Position numbers and translations under genes: made by a program. From a virus (taxonomy: Duplodnaviria > Caudoviricetes), in IMG/VR virus record IMGVR_UViG_3300032006_001933, positions 1 to 58,779 of that record: a stretch of 58,779 nucleotides of DNA; one strand, given 5' to 3'. Below the pieces are notes generated by a model. That model did no database searches. It was not told where the DNA came from and worked only from the letters and a program-made list of their open reading frames with translations. Below are positions 1 to 9,805 of the stretch, one piece after another; the stretch's first letter is position 1, and every line of letters starts with the position of its first letter.

Positions 1-1
1 T

Positions 2-922
2 GTCAGGTAATACAGTTGCATGCCAATCACATACCTCATCCATATACCATATATTAAAAGCACTGATAGTACAAAAAATTCCAATTTTTACATTATCTTT
101 ATATTTAAATATATTTTTTTCAACATCGGTCCATTTTGCAGGATACCTTAAATAATCAAATTTGTTACCTATTCCATCTATACTGAATAATAACTGAACA
201 TATTTAAAATGCTTCCATAATTTTATAAGTTCCTCGTTATATATCGTACCATTTGTATTATAACTTAATTCAATTTTATTTGCTACTTTTTGATCTATAC
301 ATTCTTGTAAAATAGATATATGTTCTTTTATAAGTAATGGTTCCCCTCCAAAAAATTCTATTTCCGTTAAATTAGTTATATTGTTAGATAAGTCTTCCCA
401 AAATAATTTATTAGCCCTTGGCCAATTTCCTTTTTTGAGAAAAAATTTAGATTTTACATTACCTAATTTAATATCGTCTGATGCCCATTTACTACTTGCA
501 AATCCTGAACATATTCTACATGCACTATTACAAATATTTCCCAATTTTAAATCTAAATACGCAGGGTAAGGATGATTTTTTAATGTTTTGTTAATTACAT
601 TTCTATAACGATATAATTCCATTTCTCGTTTACTAATAATACCGCTATGTTCTTCATGCCAACAATTATTACACGACTCACGAGGATTTCCTGATAGAAA
701 ACTTTTTCTTATTTCTTGTAAATGGGAGCTCTTCCAAGCATCACTAATTGTATGTTCTGATAAATCTATATCATCTAGAGGTTCTTGCATAACACAACAA
801 ACACATGCTTTAGCATCTGTTCTTGTTTCTAAACCTATCCAAGGTAATATACAAAAATGATCAGGTAAATTATTTTTTTTTAAAAATTCTTTATTATTTT
901 TTATGGCAGAACGATTCCACAT
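2..922 (-). CDS. Radical SAM protein with N-terminal twitch-type Fe-S module (3' end runs off the window)
   Basis: Not in the ORF track; translated by hand from ATG at 922: MWNRSAIKNNKEFLKKNNLPDHFCILPWIGLETRTDAKACVCC... then YLDLKLGNICNSACRICSGFASSKW (CxxxCxxC) and IEFFGGEPLL. Same architecture as the paralogs at 8462 and 10645. Confidence 0.9.
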   Translation of the reverse strand, partial: MWNRSAIKNNKEFLKKNNLPDHFCILPWIGLETRTDAKACVCCVMQEPLDDIDLSEHTISDAWKSSHLQEIRKSFLSGNPRESCNNCWHEEHSGIISKREMELYRYRNVINKTLKNHPYPAYLDLKLGNICNSACRICSGFASSKWASDDIKLGNVKSKFFLKKGNWPRANKLFWEDLSNNITNLTEIEFFGGEPLLIKEHISILQECIDQKVANKIELSYNTNGTIYNEELIKLWKHFKYVQLLFSIDGIGNKFDYLRYPAKWTDVEKNIFKYKDNVKIGIFCTISAFNIWYMDEVCDWHATVLPD

Positions 923-2670
923 TGCCAACCTTTATTTTTTCTATTTAGACCTATAAAACTACTATAATTTTTAATAGATCCCATTCCGTGATGTGTAACT
1001 GTTATGTTATTAATAGTTCGAGGATAATTATACTCCGGAGTATAATGATATGCATCAAACAAATTTACTAATATATCTATGTTTTCTTGTTTATAATATG
1101 TTTCTAAAAATACTTTTAAATCTATTAACGTTTCATTTCGTTTGTATCTACCTATATCATTTAAGTAATCATATTCAAAAATATATTTTTGAAAATTATA
1201 AGATGTTAAATGTACATTCCATTTATTAAATTTTTTATTTAATATACCTTTGCTATTTGCAATAAAATCAAACCAATTATTATAAAATTCTTTTACACTA
1301 TAACCTTTATTAAATAAAAATTTAACTATTTCATTGGTAATACCTAATGTATGACCTAACCTAGCACACCATGTCCATTGCCATACTTTTGTCATTTCAT
1401 TTGAGGTTATTGTATCAGTGCTTACTATTTGTTTAGCATACTCAGGAATTTCTGTATTTTCTAATTTTACTTTTTTATATTTAATATTATATTTGTTTAT
1501 AAATTTAGTCAATTCGCTATTATTTAATAACGTACACGGATAACTTTCTATACATAAATTATCATTTTCCATTAATTTAGAATAGTTATCTATCCAACTA
1601 TTAAGAGTTTCGCCAGGCAAACCTACTATAAGCTCTACCATAATATTCATTTGATATTGCTTAGTTAATTCGATTACCCCACTAAAATCATTTATTTTTA
1701 AATTAGTTCTTTTTATATTTTGTAAAACTGTACTATTTAAACTTTGAAAACTAACACCATATTTTCTTAATAATGAAACATCATGTAATTTTTTTGCTAA
1801 TGACACAATAAATTTATTACTATTTTTTGCCCAACTAGTATCAAAGGATTTCGGATAACTATATTTTTTATTTGTTTCTATTAATTTGTTTACAATATCC
1901 TCGTCTCTTTTTTTAAAAATGCCAAAATTAGCGTTAGCACTATAAAACATATCTATTTTATTTTTACCCGCCCATTCGATCTCTTTATAAATTCTATCTA
2001 AATTTATTTTTTCAATTTTACTAAATATGGTTCCGCCCCAATCACAAAATGTACATTGATAAGGACATCCTCTATCAAATTCAAAAATAGCATTTAATGT
2101 TAAATTTTTAGGCCTAACTAATTTATCAAATATACCAAGTAAATATGGACTAGGAATATTATCTAAATTTTTAATCCGTTTACTTGGGGATGTTTTAATC
2201 CATTCTTTTCCTGTATTATATGTTATACCGTCAATGTCTTTAAATTTTTTATTTTTTAATATTTGAGAAAATGTTATTTCACCTTCTTGATGTACACAAA
2301 CATCTATAAATTTTCTATTATTATACCACTCTATTTGATCATCAGGTACTTGAGGACCACCATATACAATTAAGCAATTAGGATATTTTTCTTTTATTTT
2401 AGATGCTAATATATCATTATAATTTTCATTCCATATGTAATTACTAAATCCAACTAAAGTAGGATTATCAAATTTTTTTATAATATTATCTATTGGTTCT
2501 CTATAAAAAAATATATGTTTTAATTCATTTCTAGATACAATTTTATTTTTTTCAGCTGACGCCCATAACGACGCCACACTATACGGCAAATATATAAATT
2601 GATCTTCTATAATTATACTAAATTGTGTTAGATAAATTTTGTTACCATCATTAGGCTTATAGTATTCCAT
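901..2670 (-). CDS. Cobalamin (B12)-binding radical SAM protein, class B methyltransferase-like
   Basis: N-terminal B12-binding domain motifs (YLPYSVASL, VGFSNYIWN, VYGGPQVP, DVCVHQEGE), linker PSPYL, then RGCPYQCTFCDWG, ANANFG, GVSFQS and ELIVGLPGET. Confidence 0.9.
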   Translation of the reverse strand: MEYYKPNDGNKIYLTQFSIIIEDQFIYLPYSVASLWASAEKNKIVSRNELKHIFFYREPIDNIIKKFDNPTLVGFSNYIWNENYNDILASKIKEKYPNCLIVYGGPQVPDDQIEWYNNRKFIDVCVHQEGEITFSQILKNKKFKDIDGITYNTGKEWIKTSPSKRIKNLDNIPSPYLLGIFDKLVRPKNLTLNAIFEFDRGCPYQCTFCDWGGTIFSKIEKINLDRIYKEIEWAGKNKIDMFYSANANFGIFKKRDEDIVNKLIETNKKYSYPKSFDTSWAKNSNKFIVSLAKKLHDVSLLRKYGVSFQSLNSTVLQNIKRTNLKINDFSGVIELTKQYQMNIMVELIVGLPGETLNSWIDNYSKLMENDNLCIESYPCTLLNNSELTKFINKYNIKYKKVKLENTEIPEYAKQIVSTDTITSNEMTKVWQWTWCARLGHTLGITNEIVKFLFNKGYSVKEFYNNWFDFIANSKGILNKKFNKWNVHLTSYNFQKYIFEYDYLNDIGRYKRNETLIDLKVFLETYYKQENIDILVNLFDAYHYTPEYNYPRTINNITVTHHGMGSIKNYSSFIGLNRKNKGWQCGIVLP

Positions 2671-3152
2671 ATAGTTTTTTCATTAAGATGTTTTGCCCAA
2701 TTTTTATTATTATAATTATCTAGCCTCTTTGTTTTGCAATCAAACTCACTAGCCAATATATCAACATCTATTCCTAATTGGTTGTTTGCAACATTGCTTG
2801 TTGTAATTAAAATACCGCCTGGTACAAGATTTTTTAACGCCCATTTCATACCATTAAGTCTAGGAACAGGATCTTCGTTTACATTACCAATATCATTTTC
2901 TGCATATGCAATTGGTATATTAAAATCTATTTCATTTATATTTAATTCATACACATATGGATCATTATTAATATTAAATAAATCTATACCTCTAGTTCTG
3001 TGTTCACCAAAATGTTTTTTCATTAAATTAAATGTGTATCCAGTATTTACACCCATTTGTACGCAAAAACCAATTGATGGTATTTTTAGTTTTTTTACTA
3101 GACCATTAAAAACTATTGTACTTTTATAATTTTTTCCACCTATAGTATCCAT
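2628..3152 (-). CDS. Putative class I SAM-dependent methyltransferase (small, divergent)
   Basis: Motif I-like CVQMGVNTG, post-I GIDLF, motif III-like LKNLVPGGILIT. Confidence 0.55.
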   Translation of the reverse strand: MDTIGGKNYKSTIVFNGLVKKLKIPSIGFCVQMGVNTGYTFNLMKKHFGEHRTRGIDLFNINNDPYVYELNINEIDFNIPIAYAENDIGNVNEDPVPRLNGMKWALKNLVPGGILITTSNVANNQLGIDVDILASEFDCKTKRLDNYNNKNWAKHLNEKTIWNTISLMMVTKFI

Positions 3153-4285
3153 TCTTTAATTTGACCATAAACATTATCAATATCATTTGAACTATGATAT
3201 GTAAATAATTCTTTATTATTTTTTATTTCTTTTTGTTTATATTTTTTTAAATCTAAATTAAAAGTTATTAAATCTTTTAATGCTAACACAATACCTTCAG
3301 GTGTATTGTTATGGAAATCATCAAACAAATAATATCCTAATTTTTTTTCATATTCCATAGAATTATTTGTACATAATACTAAAAAAGGTTGTAAATTATA
3401 CATTGGTCTTAAAGTTTTTTCTGTAAAGGGGACACAAGTATCAATTAATTCTTGGTGCCAATCCAAATCATTTTCAGAAAATGATTCAATTACTAATTCT
3501 ATATCAACATATTTAGACCAATCTACTTGTTTTAGTTTATTATCCACAATTAACGGCATATAATTTTTTAAATAATTATTTTTAATGTTCCAATCTTTCA
3601 TCATTTTTTCCATTAAATTTGTATCTACAGGTCCTTTATATACTTTTCCATCATACGTAGATGATCCGGTTCCATATGAAACATGTCCTTTATCTAATAA
3701 ATTATATTTGGCTAAAAAATTTATAACCTCTAATCGACTTTTACGGGGTCGCCCACACATACATACATATTTTTTGATAGCATATTCATCTTTATCATTA
3801 TATGCATTACTAAACCATTTTCGACAAAACCATTTCATCCATCCTGATGATGTGTTAATAATTTTAAGTTTTGTTTTTCTTTGATGTTCTTTATTAAAAT
3901 TACTAAATGCAATAGCCACATCTTCATATTTCTTGTTAATACTATCGCAAAAATTTTCTATTGATTCAAATTCGTCTGCCCAAAATTCATGACAAAAACT
4001 TATAAGTAATGGATTTTCTTTAATTAATAATTGTTGAGTTTTAGTTAAATTTTCCCACCATTTGTCAATAACCGTGGAAGGTCGATTTTTAAATGTGATT
4101 TCTATTATACCGGAAGATCCTAGTGCTACATTTTTATTAGTATCTTCTAAATAATTAAAAACTTGTAAGTAATTATTTTTAAAACCTGCAAGCCAGATTT
4201 TAACAGATTCATCTATATGCACACCATCCATTTTAAATATACCTATATCTTTAAAAATTAAACTCATAATTCCATTTTTCAGCAT
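3140..4285 (-). CDS. Hypothetical protein, possible GT-B (GT10/exostosin-like) glycosyltransferase fold
   Basis: KKYVCMCGRPRKSR, IELVIESF and FTEKTLRPMYNLQPFLVL; the TEK..P....P.F pattern recalls the donor-binding segment of GT10-like enzymes. True start may be a downstream ATG (MSLIFK or MDGVH). Confidence 0.45.
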   Translation of the reverse strand: MLKNGIMSLIFKDIGIFKMDGVHIDESVKIWLAGFKNNYLQVFNYLEDTNKNVALGSSGIIEITFKNRPSTVIDKWWENLTKTQQLLIKENPLLISFCHEFWADEFESIENFCDSINKKYEDVAIAFSNFNKEHQRKTKLKIINTSSGWMKWFCRKWFSNAYNDKDEYAIKKYVCMCGRPRKSRLEVINFLAKYNLLDKGHVSYGTGSSTYDGKVYKGPVDTNLMEKMMKDWNIKNNYLKNYMPLIVDNKLKQVDWSKYVDIELVIESFSENDLDWHQELIDTCVPFTEKTLRPMYNLQPFLVLCTNNSMEYEKKLGYYLFDDFHNNTPEGIVLALKDLITFNLDLKKYKQKEIKNNKELFTYHSSNDIDNVYGQIKEWIL

Positions 4286-4847
4286 ATTCGCCTGCTATCT
4301 GTTTTATTAATTTTTTTTCTTCATCAGTAAGTTGAGGCAATGGAGGCGAGATCATTGTATTATATTGATTATTTTTCCATTGTTCTTTATCATACAGTTT
4401 TATATCAAGATAAGCCTCCAATTCATTTAATTTTTCAAATTTAAAAATTTTTGTATTATCGGGTAAATGTTTATCAGGTAAAATACAACTATGCCAATAC
4501 CAATCATTAAATGCACGTAAATTATATTTAATTTTATGATTAATTAATAAAAACCAGGGATTCAAAACACATTCTAAATGTTCTTTAAATGATAATTCAA
4601 AATATTGGTAAGTAAAATTATACCCACTCCAAAGCCAAGTAACAGGATGTCGTACAACACCAATTATTGTATATTCCGAAATATTCGATATATTTAACAA
4701 AGGTTCATATGCATTACGATACCATTTTTGTTTTTCTGCATCAATAAAATCATTATTACAAATAAGAGTTCTACTTATGTTTGTACCTGCACATCGAGGG
4801 GTATGAACATATGCAATATTACGAAAAGGATGATAGCATGTACTCAT
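4251..4847 (-). CDS. Sulfotransferase family 2-like protein
   Basis: 5'-PSB-like YVHTPRCAGTNI, 3'-PB-like GVVRHPVTWLWSGY, later FKFEKL. Confidence 0.75.
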   Translation of the reverse strand: MSTCYHPFRNIAYVHTPRCAGTNISRTLICNNDFIDAEKQKWYRNAYEPLLNISNISEYTIIGVVRHPVTWLWSGYNFTYQYFELSFKEHLECVLNPWFLLINHKIKYNLRAFNDWYWHSCILPDKHLPDNTKIFKFEKLNELEAYLDIKLYDKEQWKNNQYNTMISPPLPQLTDEEKKLIKQIAGEYAEKWNYEFNF

Positions 4848-6721
4848 TTTACAAATTCAGGCCACAAAGATTTCCAATTTGTTTTTCTTTTTTTATCAAG
4901 AAAATCTAATCTATGAAGGGTCCGTTCCCACATTTTTTTATCAGTATTATCAGTATCATTCATAAAATTTATTGCTTCATGCAATAATTTTTTATGAACA
5001 TCACTGGATGTTTTTGATATGTATCTATTTAATTTATTAGTATATATTTTTTTTAATTTAATAGGCAATACTTGAGGATTTAAATCTGCCGGACCGTGAA
5101 CAAAATTAGAATTCATATTATTACATCCTATTTTTTTTAATTCACTTAAAAATTCAGGAAGATAACCTATTGTTAAAGAAGAAATAGTTATTTGCATCCC
5201 TAAATTTGTATGAGGAATTGCATTTTTTATTTCTAACCAATTATTTTTAAATTTATCCCAATCAAATCCCCAACGTTGGTATGCACCTCGTTCTCCATTT
5301 AAATCGGCACTAGGTAATATACTTAATTTAGGAAATAACTTCCATTTTTCTATAATGTTTATATTTTTATATTTTAATGTGCTAAGATTAGTATTATATC
5401 GTAAAAAAACTTTTTCATTTAAATTATTTTCTATTAAAAAATCTAAAATTTCATAATGTTTTTTCATAATTAATGGTTCGCCACCGGCAAAATAAATATG
5501 ATCAACATCTTTAAGTAATTCTTTAAGTTCATTTATTGTTTTACTTGAGATACTTATTATTCCTTTATGTTTCTTCCAATCTTCATCTGACATGTTTTCT
5601 GGTGAACCTATATAATTTTGGTCTTGAAATTTACTAATATATTCTTTAAAGCCAAACGCATCGTCATATAATTTACTACTTAATTTAGGTGTACACATTA
5701 TACATGCTTGATTACATTCATTACTAAATCGAATATCTAAATATTTTAATTCTAATTGGGGAGTTAACGATAAATTTTTAGTTGGCATATCATATTGCTT
5801 ATTTAAAAATGTTCGTAAACTACCCTCGCTACCCTCAGTATGTTTTTCTTGTTCATAACAAAACTTACAATTAATATTTGGAATATTTTTTGTCATTTCA
5901 TTTCTAAATTTTTTAGAAGCGTTACTATTCCATATTTCGGCTAAAGTGTTATTATTGGTATTCCCCAATTTTATACCTAGAGAAGTACAACATGGTGTCA
6001 CATCACCATTTGGACCTATATACATAGAAACCCACGGAGCTTTACATGAATATAAATTATCTTTAGCAGAAGAATCTATCCAATCTAAATTAGATTCATT
6101 TTTCCATCGATGGTATGTTTCATTAAAAAAATCAATATCATTTTTATGAATATAATCATACCTGGTATGATCGTTTTGTTTTATTAAATATTCTCTTCTA
6201 GAAGGTGCTTCCCAATCAGGATATAATTTTTTTATATCATCAAATGTGTTTTCATATCTTATTACAGGTAAATTATATGTGTTTAAAAAATAATTAAACC
6301 TAACAATAGAGTGAACATATCTAATTATATTAAATTTTCCTTCAATAGTATCACTCATATGTATTATTTTTTTAGGTAAAATTTTATTATGAATATCTTT
6401 AGCAAGTAACGTCCATTGATTGGTTTCCATTGCAATAAGCCAACTTGCAAACATTTCTACGTTGTTTTCCCGTGTAACAGCAATTGATCTATTATTCAAT
6501 AAATTATATTCAATTAAATTATTAAATGTTGCCCAAGTATGTAATTTAATTATTGAATGGTTAATATATAAATTATTAGGTATTTTTTTAAAAATATTAA
6601 AAAATTCATTCTCGTCTTCTCGGTGTACGTTATATTTTTTTACAAGATACTGTTCTAATAATTGAAGAATGTGAGTACTACCACATCTAGGTACTCCAAA
6701 TATAACAAAATTATTCAACAT
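4844..6721 (-). CDS. Fusion: N-terminal sulfotransferase-fold domain plus twitch module plus radical SAM domain
   Basis: FVIFGVPRCGSTHI...IIKLH...VTRENNVEMFASW...IRYE, then CKAPW...GDVTPCC...CKFC, then YLDIRFSNECNQACIMC and YFAGGEPL. Start chosen at MLNNF (6721); the ORF track extends to 6772. Confidence 0.85.
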   Translation of the reverse strand: MLNNFVIFGVPRCGSTHILQLLEQYLVKKYNVHREDENEFFNIFKKIPNNLYINHSIIKLHTWATFNNLIEYNLLNNRSIAVTRENNVEMFASWLIAMETNQWTLLAKDIHNKILPKKIIHMSDTIEGKFNIIRYVHSIVRFNYFLNTYNLPVIRYENTFDDIKKLYPDWEAPSRREYLIKQNDHTRYDYIHKNDIDFFNETYHRWKNESNLDWIDSSAKDNLYSCKAPWVSMYIGPNGDVTPCCTSLGIKLGNTNNNTLAEIWNSNASKKFRNEMTKNIPNINCKFCYEQEKHTEGSEGSLRTFLNKQYDMPTKNLSLTPQLELKYLDIRFSNECNQACIMCTPKLSSKLYDDAFGFKEYISKFQDQNYIGSPENMSDEDWKKHKGIISISSKTINELKELLKDVDHIYFAGGEPLIMKKHYEILDFLIENNLNEKVFLRYNTNLSTLKYKNINIIEKWKLFPKLSILPSADLNGERGAYQRWGFDWDKFKNNWLEIKNAIPHTNLGMQITISSLTIGYLPEFLSELKKIGCNNMNSNFVHGPADLNPQVLPIKLKKIYTNKLNRYISKTSSDVHKKLLHEAINFMNDTDNTDKKMWERTLHRLDFLDKKRKTNWKSLWPEFVK

Positions 6722-7838
6722 ATGCTCCTGTAATATATGGATATTTAAGTATAAAATCGTTAAACTCATCAATTGACTTTATATCTGATGTTTCGCCTAA
6801 TACTGCTCTACCTGATTTATGTTTAGGTAATGTATAATCGATATACTTACTTAATTTATTTTTTTCACACCATAACATATATTGTTTGTATTCGTCTTTG
6901 TTTCTTTCACTTTCTGATCGTTTTTGAATTTTATTAGAAAAAGCAAAATTTACATAAGGCATACAATAAAGTTGAGGTTTAACTTCGTTATTTTTTACTA
7001 AATCAATATCATTTGTACAATATGCCGCAAATAAATCTTTTCCTATAGTTGCATAATCTAAATATAATTTACCTTGATTACTAGTTGAATGATCAGTAGG
7101 CTTAAAACTTTCATAGTCTTTATCTTGCAATGAATAATAATTGTCCTTCTCAAGACATTGCACATTTCTTATAACATTAAAAATTTGTTTTATATCAGAA
7201 TTAGATGATTCTAATAAATGAACTAATTGATTTAGAGTCTCTAATGCATAATATCTTACTCTTGCATTATGAAAAAAGTTATCAAATAAATGTTCTAATT
7301 CTGTGTGGTTACTACGAATTTTAGTCCAATTATAATCCATTATTTTTACCCAATCATTGGCTTGTGATTCAAAGAAAAAATGAATATCATTTAATTTATC
7401 AGATTGAATATCATTTAATGATGCTTCTAATTTTACATTTTTATCGATAAGTTTTACATTACTAACATCTATTGCCTTACTTATAATTTCACTACATTTA
7501 TCTATTAAAAATGTACTTGCATCATTTATTTCATCAACTGTTTTATTAACACATTGTTGTAAATACACACGATACGGCCCATCAACCTTTCTATAAACAT
7601 TCCAATGAATAGTTCGTCGAGATAAGAAATAATTTTTTTTCCAAGTTTCGAAAAATATGTTAGTAAGAGGTAAGTCATTTAATTTAAATGTTAATACCTC
7701 ATCGTTATGTGTTATCTTAATATTATTAATTGTATCAGTATGAGGTAATATAAAAGCACTTGTTGAAAATTCATTATAGTCATAATTACTGCTAGGGCAA
7801 CTTTTACTATATACTATATGAAATTTATTCGATTTCAT
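6711..7838 (-). CDS. Hypothetical protein in the enzyme cluster
   Basis: 375-aa ORF overlapping both neighbours; conserved-looking LNDIHFFFE, LNQLVHLLE and LYLDYATIGKDL segments; no family recognised. Confidence 0.7.
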   Translation of the reverse strand: MKSNKFHIVYSKSCPSSNYDYNEFSTSAFILPHTDTINNIKITHNDEVLTFKLNDLPLTNIFFETWKKNYFLSRRTIHWNVYRKVDGPYRVYLQQCVNKTVDEINDASTFLIDKCSEIISKAIDVSNVKLIDKNVKLEASLNDIQSDKLNDIHFFFESQANDWVKIMDYNWTKIRSNHTELEHLFDNFFHNARVRYYALETLNQLVHLLESSNSDIKQIFNVIRNVQCLEKDNYYSLQDKDYESFKPTDHSTSNQGKLYLDYATIGKDLFAAYCTNDIDLVKNNEVKPQLYCMPYVNFAFSNKIQKRSESERNKDEYKQYMLWCEKNKLSKYIDYTLPKHKSGRAVLGETSDIKSIDEFNDFILKYPYITGAYVE

Positions 7839-8481
7839 TTATTTTCTCTAATATAATTGAAGCAAATTTTTCATGGCCTTCTAAAGTACCATGACCATCG
7901 GATCCTCCTAGATCATTTAATCGAGTCCACCTACTAAACCCAACTTTTGTAAAACAATTATCTTTTAAGACAATATTTTTAAAATCATTACCATTTATAA
8001 AAATATTCTTATCATAAATTGTTTTCAACATTAAATTAGTATCATAATTAGTTAATTCGTCCCATATACAAAAAAGAGTATTAGTACCAGATTCAAATGA
8101 TAATTTAATATCGTATAATCTATTCCAAAAAGTAACATTAGTTAATTGCTCATTAAAAATATGTTTTATATAATATTCAGAAATAGTTTTTTTATTATGA
8201 ATATTTTTTTCAAACATATTTGTTGAAAATACATTATTATTATCATCTATTAATTCTCTTCTATATAGATGTGTAAATAAAACAATAATTAAACTATCTT
8301 CATGTTTTAAATTTGCTTGACTTATAAACCTAAAGATGGCATCATTACTAATACCATTATCCGAATATTCTTCATATGGCAAATTTAATTTTTTAGCAAT
8401 TATTCTTGGAAATGGCATAGACACCATTGAAAGAATGCTTGCCCCTATGCCAATAATTTTTTTAATTTGACCACCATTCAT
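7825..8481 (-). CDS. SGNH/GDSL-hydrolase-like protein (putative acyl esterase or acyltransferase)
   Basis: Block I-like GIGASI, then NGISND, IIVLFT..YRRE, and a C-terminal DGH...GHEKFA (DxH-type block V). Start chosen at MNGGQ; the track gives 8511. Confidence 0.55.
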   Translation of the reverse strand: MNGGQIKKIIGIGASILSMVSMPFPRIIAKKLNLPYEEYSDNGISNDAIFRFISQANLKHEDSLIIVLFTHLYRRELIDDNNNVFSTNMFEKNIHNKKTISEYYIKHIFNEQLTNVTFWNRLYDIKLSFESGTNTLFCIWDELTNYDTNLMLKTIYDKNIFINGNDFKNIVLKDNCFTKVGFSRWTRLNDLGGSDGHGTLEGHEKFASIILEKINEIE

Positions 8482-9805
8482 ATAATTCTGTATTATGTTT
8501 ATAAATATCACCTATTGTAATTTTTTCATTACGTATCTTGTCTAATTGATTTTGGTAATGTTTTCCTTTTTTAAATTCATCTAAATATGTATCTGGCCAC
8601 TGTTCTGCAAATGTAGGTCTATTCTTCATTTCTTTAAGAGTACTAACTAACGTATTTTGTTTATATGTTGCTTTAGGTTCGATATAAAAAAGTAATTCAT
8701 CTATTTTTTTATCTAATATGTGCCTAGGCCATGCAAAAGGTGAAAATACTATATCAGGATGAAACGCAAACATAATTTTCGTTTCAATTTTTACATCTAA
8801 TTCTAAACTTAAATCGAATAAATCTTTTATAGAAAACATACCTGGTCCTGTTATAGTAAGATCAAACAGCATTTTATCCTTGCCGCCAGGTAATTTTAAT
8901 CCTTCTTTAAAATTATTTAACCATTCTTTCCATACAATATTTTTTCTTATAAATTCTACAATTTCACCTGTACCATCTATACTTGCACACATTAACCAAT
9001 CTTTAAATTGTGGCAAATAATCATATAAGTGTTTTCCTTTATGATGTATTTTACTTAAATTACTATTATATCGCAAATAGCAATTTTTAGCACTTTTATT
9101 ATTAATCATTTCCTCTAACGCCCACCAATGCATTTCATACATTAACGGTTCGCCACCTACCCAATAGATTTCTTCTACTATACCTTTACTAATAGCATCT
9201 TTAAATTCGGGCTCAACAACTTGAACCTGAAATTTTTTCATTTTTTCTTTTACTTTGGGTTGCATAAACGGTTGACTTTCCTTAGTCCACATGTTATGCT
9301 TATATTTTTCTGCTTCCCAAGTAGAACTTAATTGTTCGCCACACATACGACATTTAAAATTACATAAATTACTATAACGATAATCAAAAGAAATAACAGG
9401 CATAGTTGTTTTACCTGTATGGTCAGTGCTATCAAATGCTTCTTGTATTTTATGTTTAAATAGATGACCAGTAAACCAATGTCTATATGAACTAACACTT
9501 AATATATCTTCATTGCAAACATCACATTGAGGTATTTTCTCTCCTGCCATTAATTTTTTACGAATATTACACATATAAGGAGAATTCCAATGTTCCTCTA
9601 AATTAACAGGATTAAAATCATCTGCTTCTGTTTTGCTTTCTTTTATTTCTCCATATCGCTCATCATTTGTTGCATCTATATATTGTTTTTGAAAACTATG
9701 TTCTTCTCTACTCGCACAACAAAGCCGGCGTTCACCTTGAGGACTAATATAGGTATGAGTCCAAGGTGCCATGCAAAATACTTTATTCGATTCTATGTTA
9801 TTCAT
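8462..9805 (-). CDS. Twitch-domain radical SAM protein
   Basis: FCMAPW...RRLCC...CDVC, then FDYRYSNLCNFKCRMC, YWVGGEPL, LRYNSN and ASIDG. Confidence 0.9.
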   Translation of the reverse strand: MNNIESNKVFCMAPWTHTYISPQGERRLCCASREEHSFQKQYIDATNDERYGEIKESKTEADDFNPVNLEEHWNSPYMCNIRKKLMAGEKIPQCDVCNEDILSVSSYRHWFTGHLFKHKIQEAFDSTDHTGKTTMPVISFDYRYSNLCNFKCRMCGEQLSSTWEAEKYKHNMWTKESQPFMQPKVKEKMKKFQVQVVEPEFKDAISKGIVEEIYWVGGEPLMYEMHWWALEEMINNKSAKNCYLRYNSNLSKIHHKGKHLYDYLPQFKDWLMCASIDGTGEIVEFIRKNIVWKEWLNNFKEGLKLPGGKDKMLFDLTITGPGMFSIKDLFDLSLELDVKIETKIMFAFHPDIVFSPFAWPRHILDKKIDELLFYIEPKATYKQNTLVSTLKEMKNRPTFAEQWPDTYLDEFKKGKHYQNQLDKIRNEKITIGDIYKHNTELYEWWSN

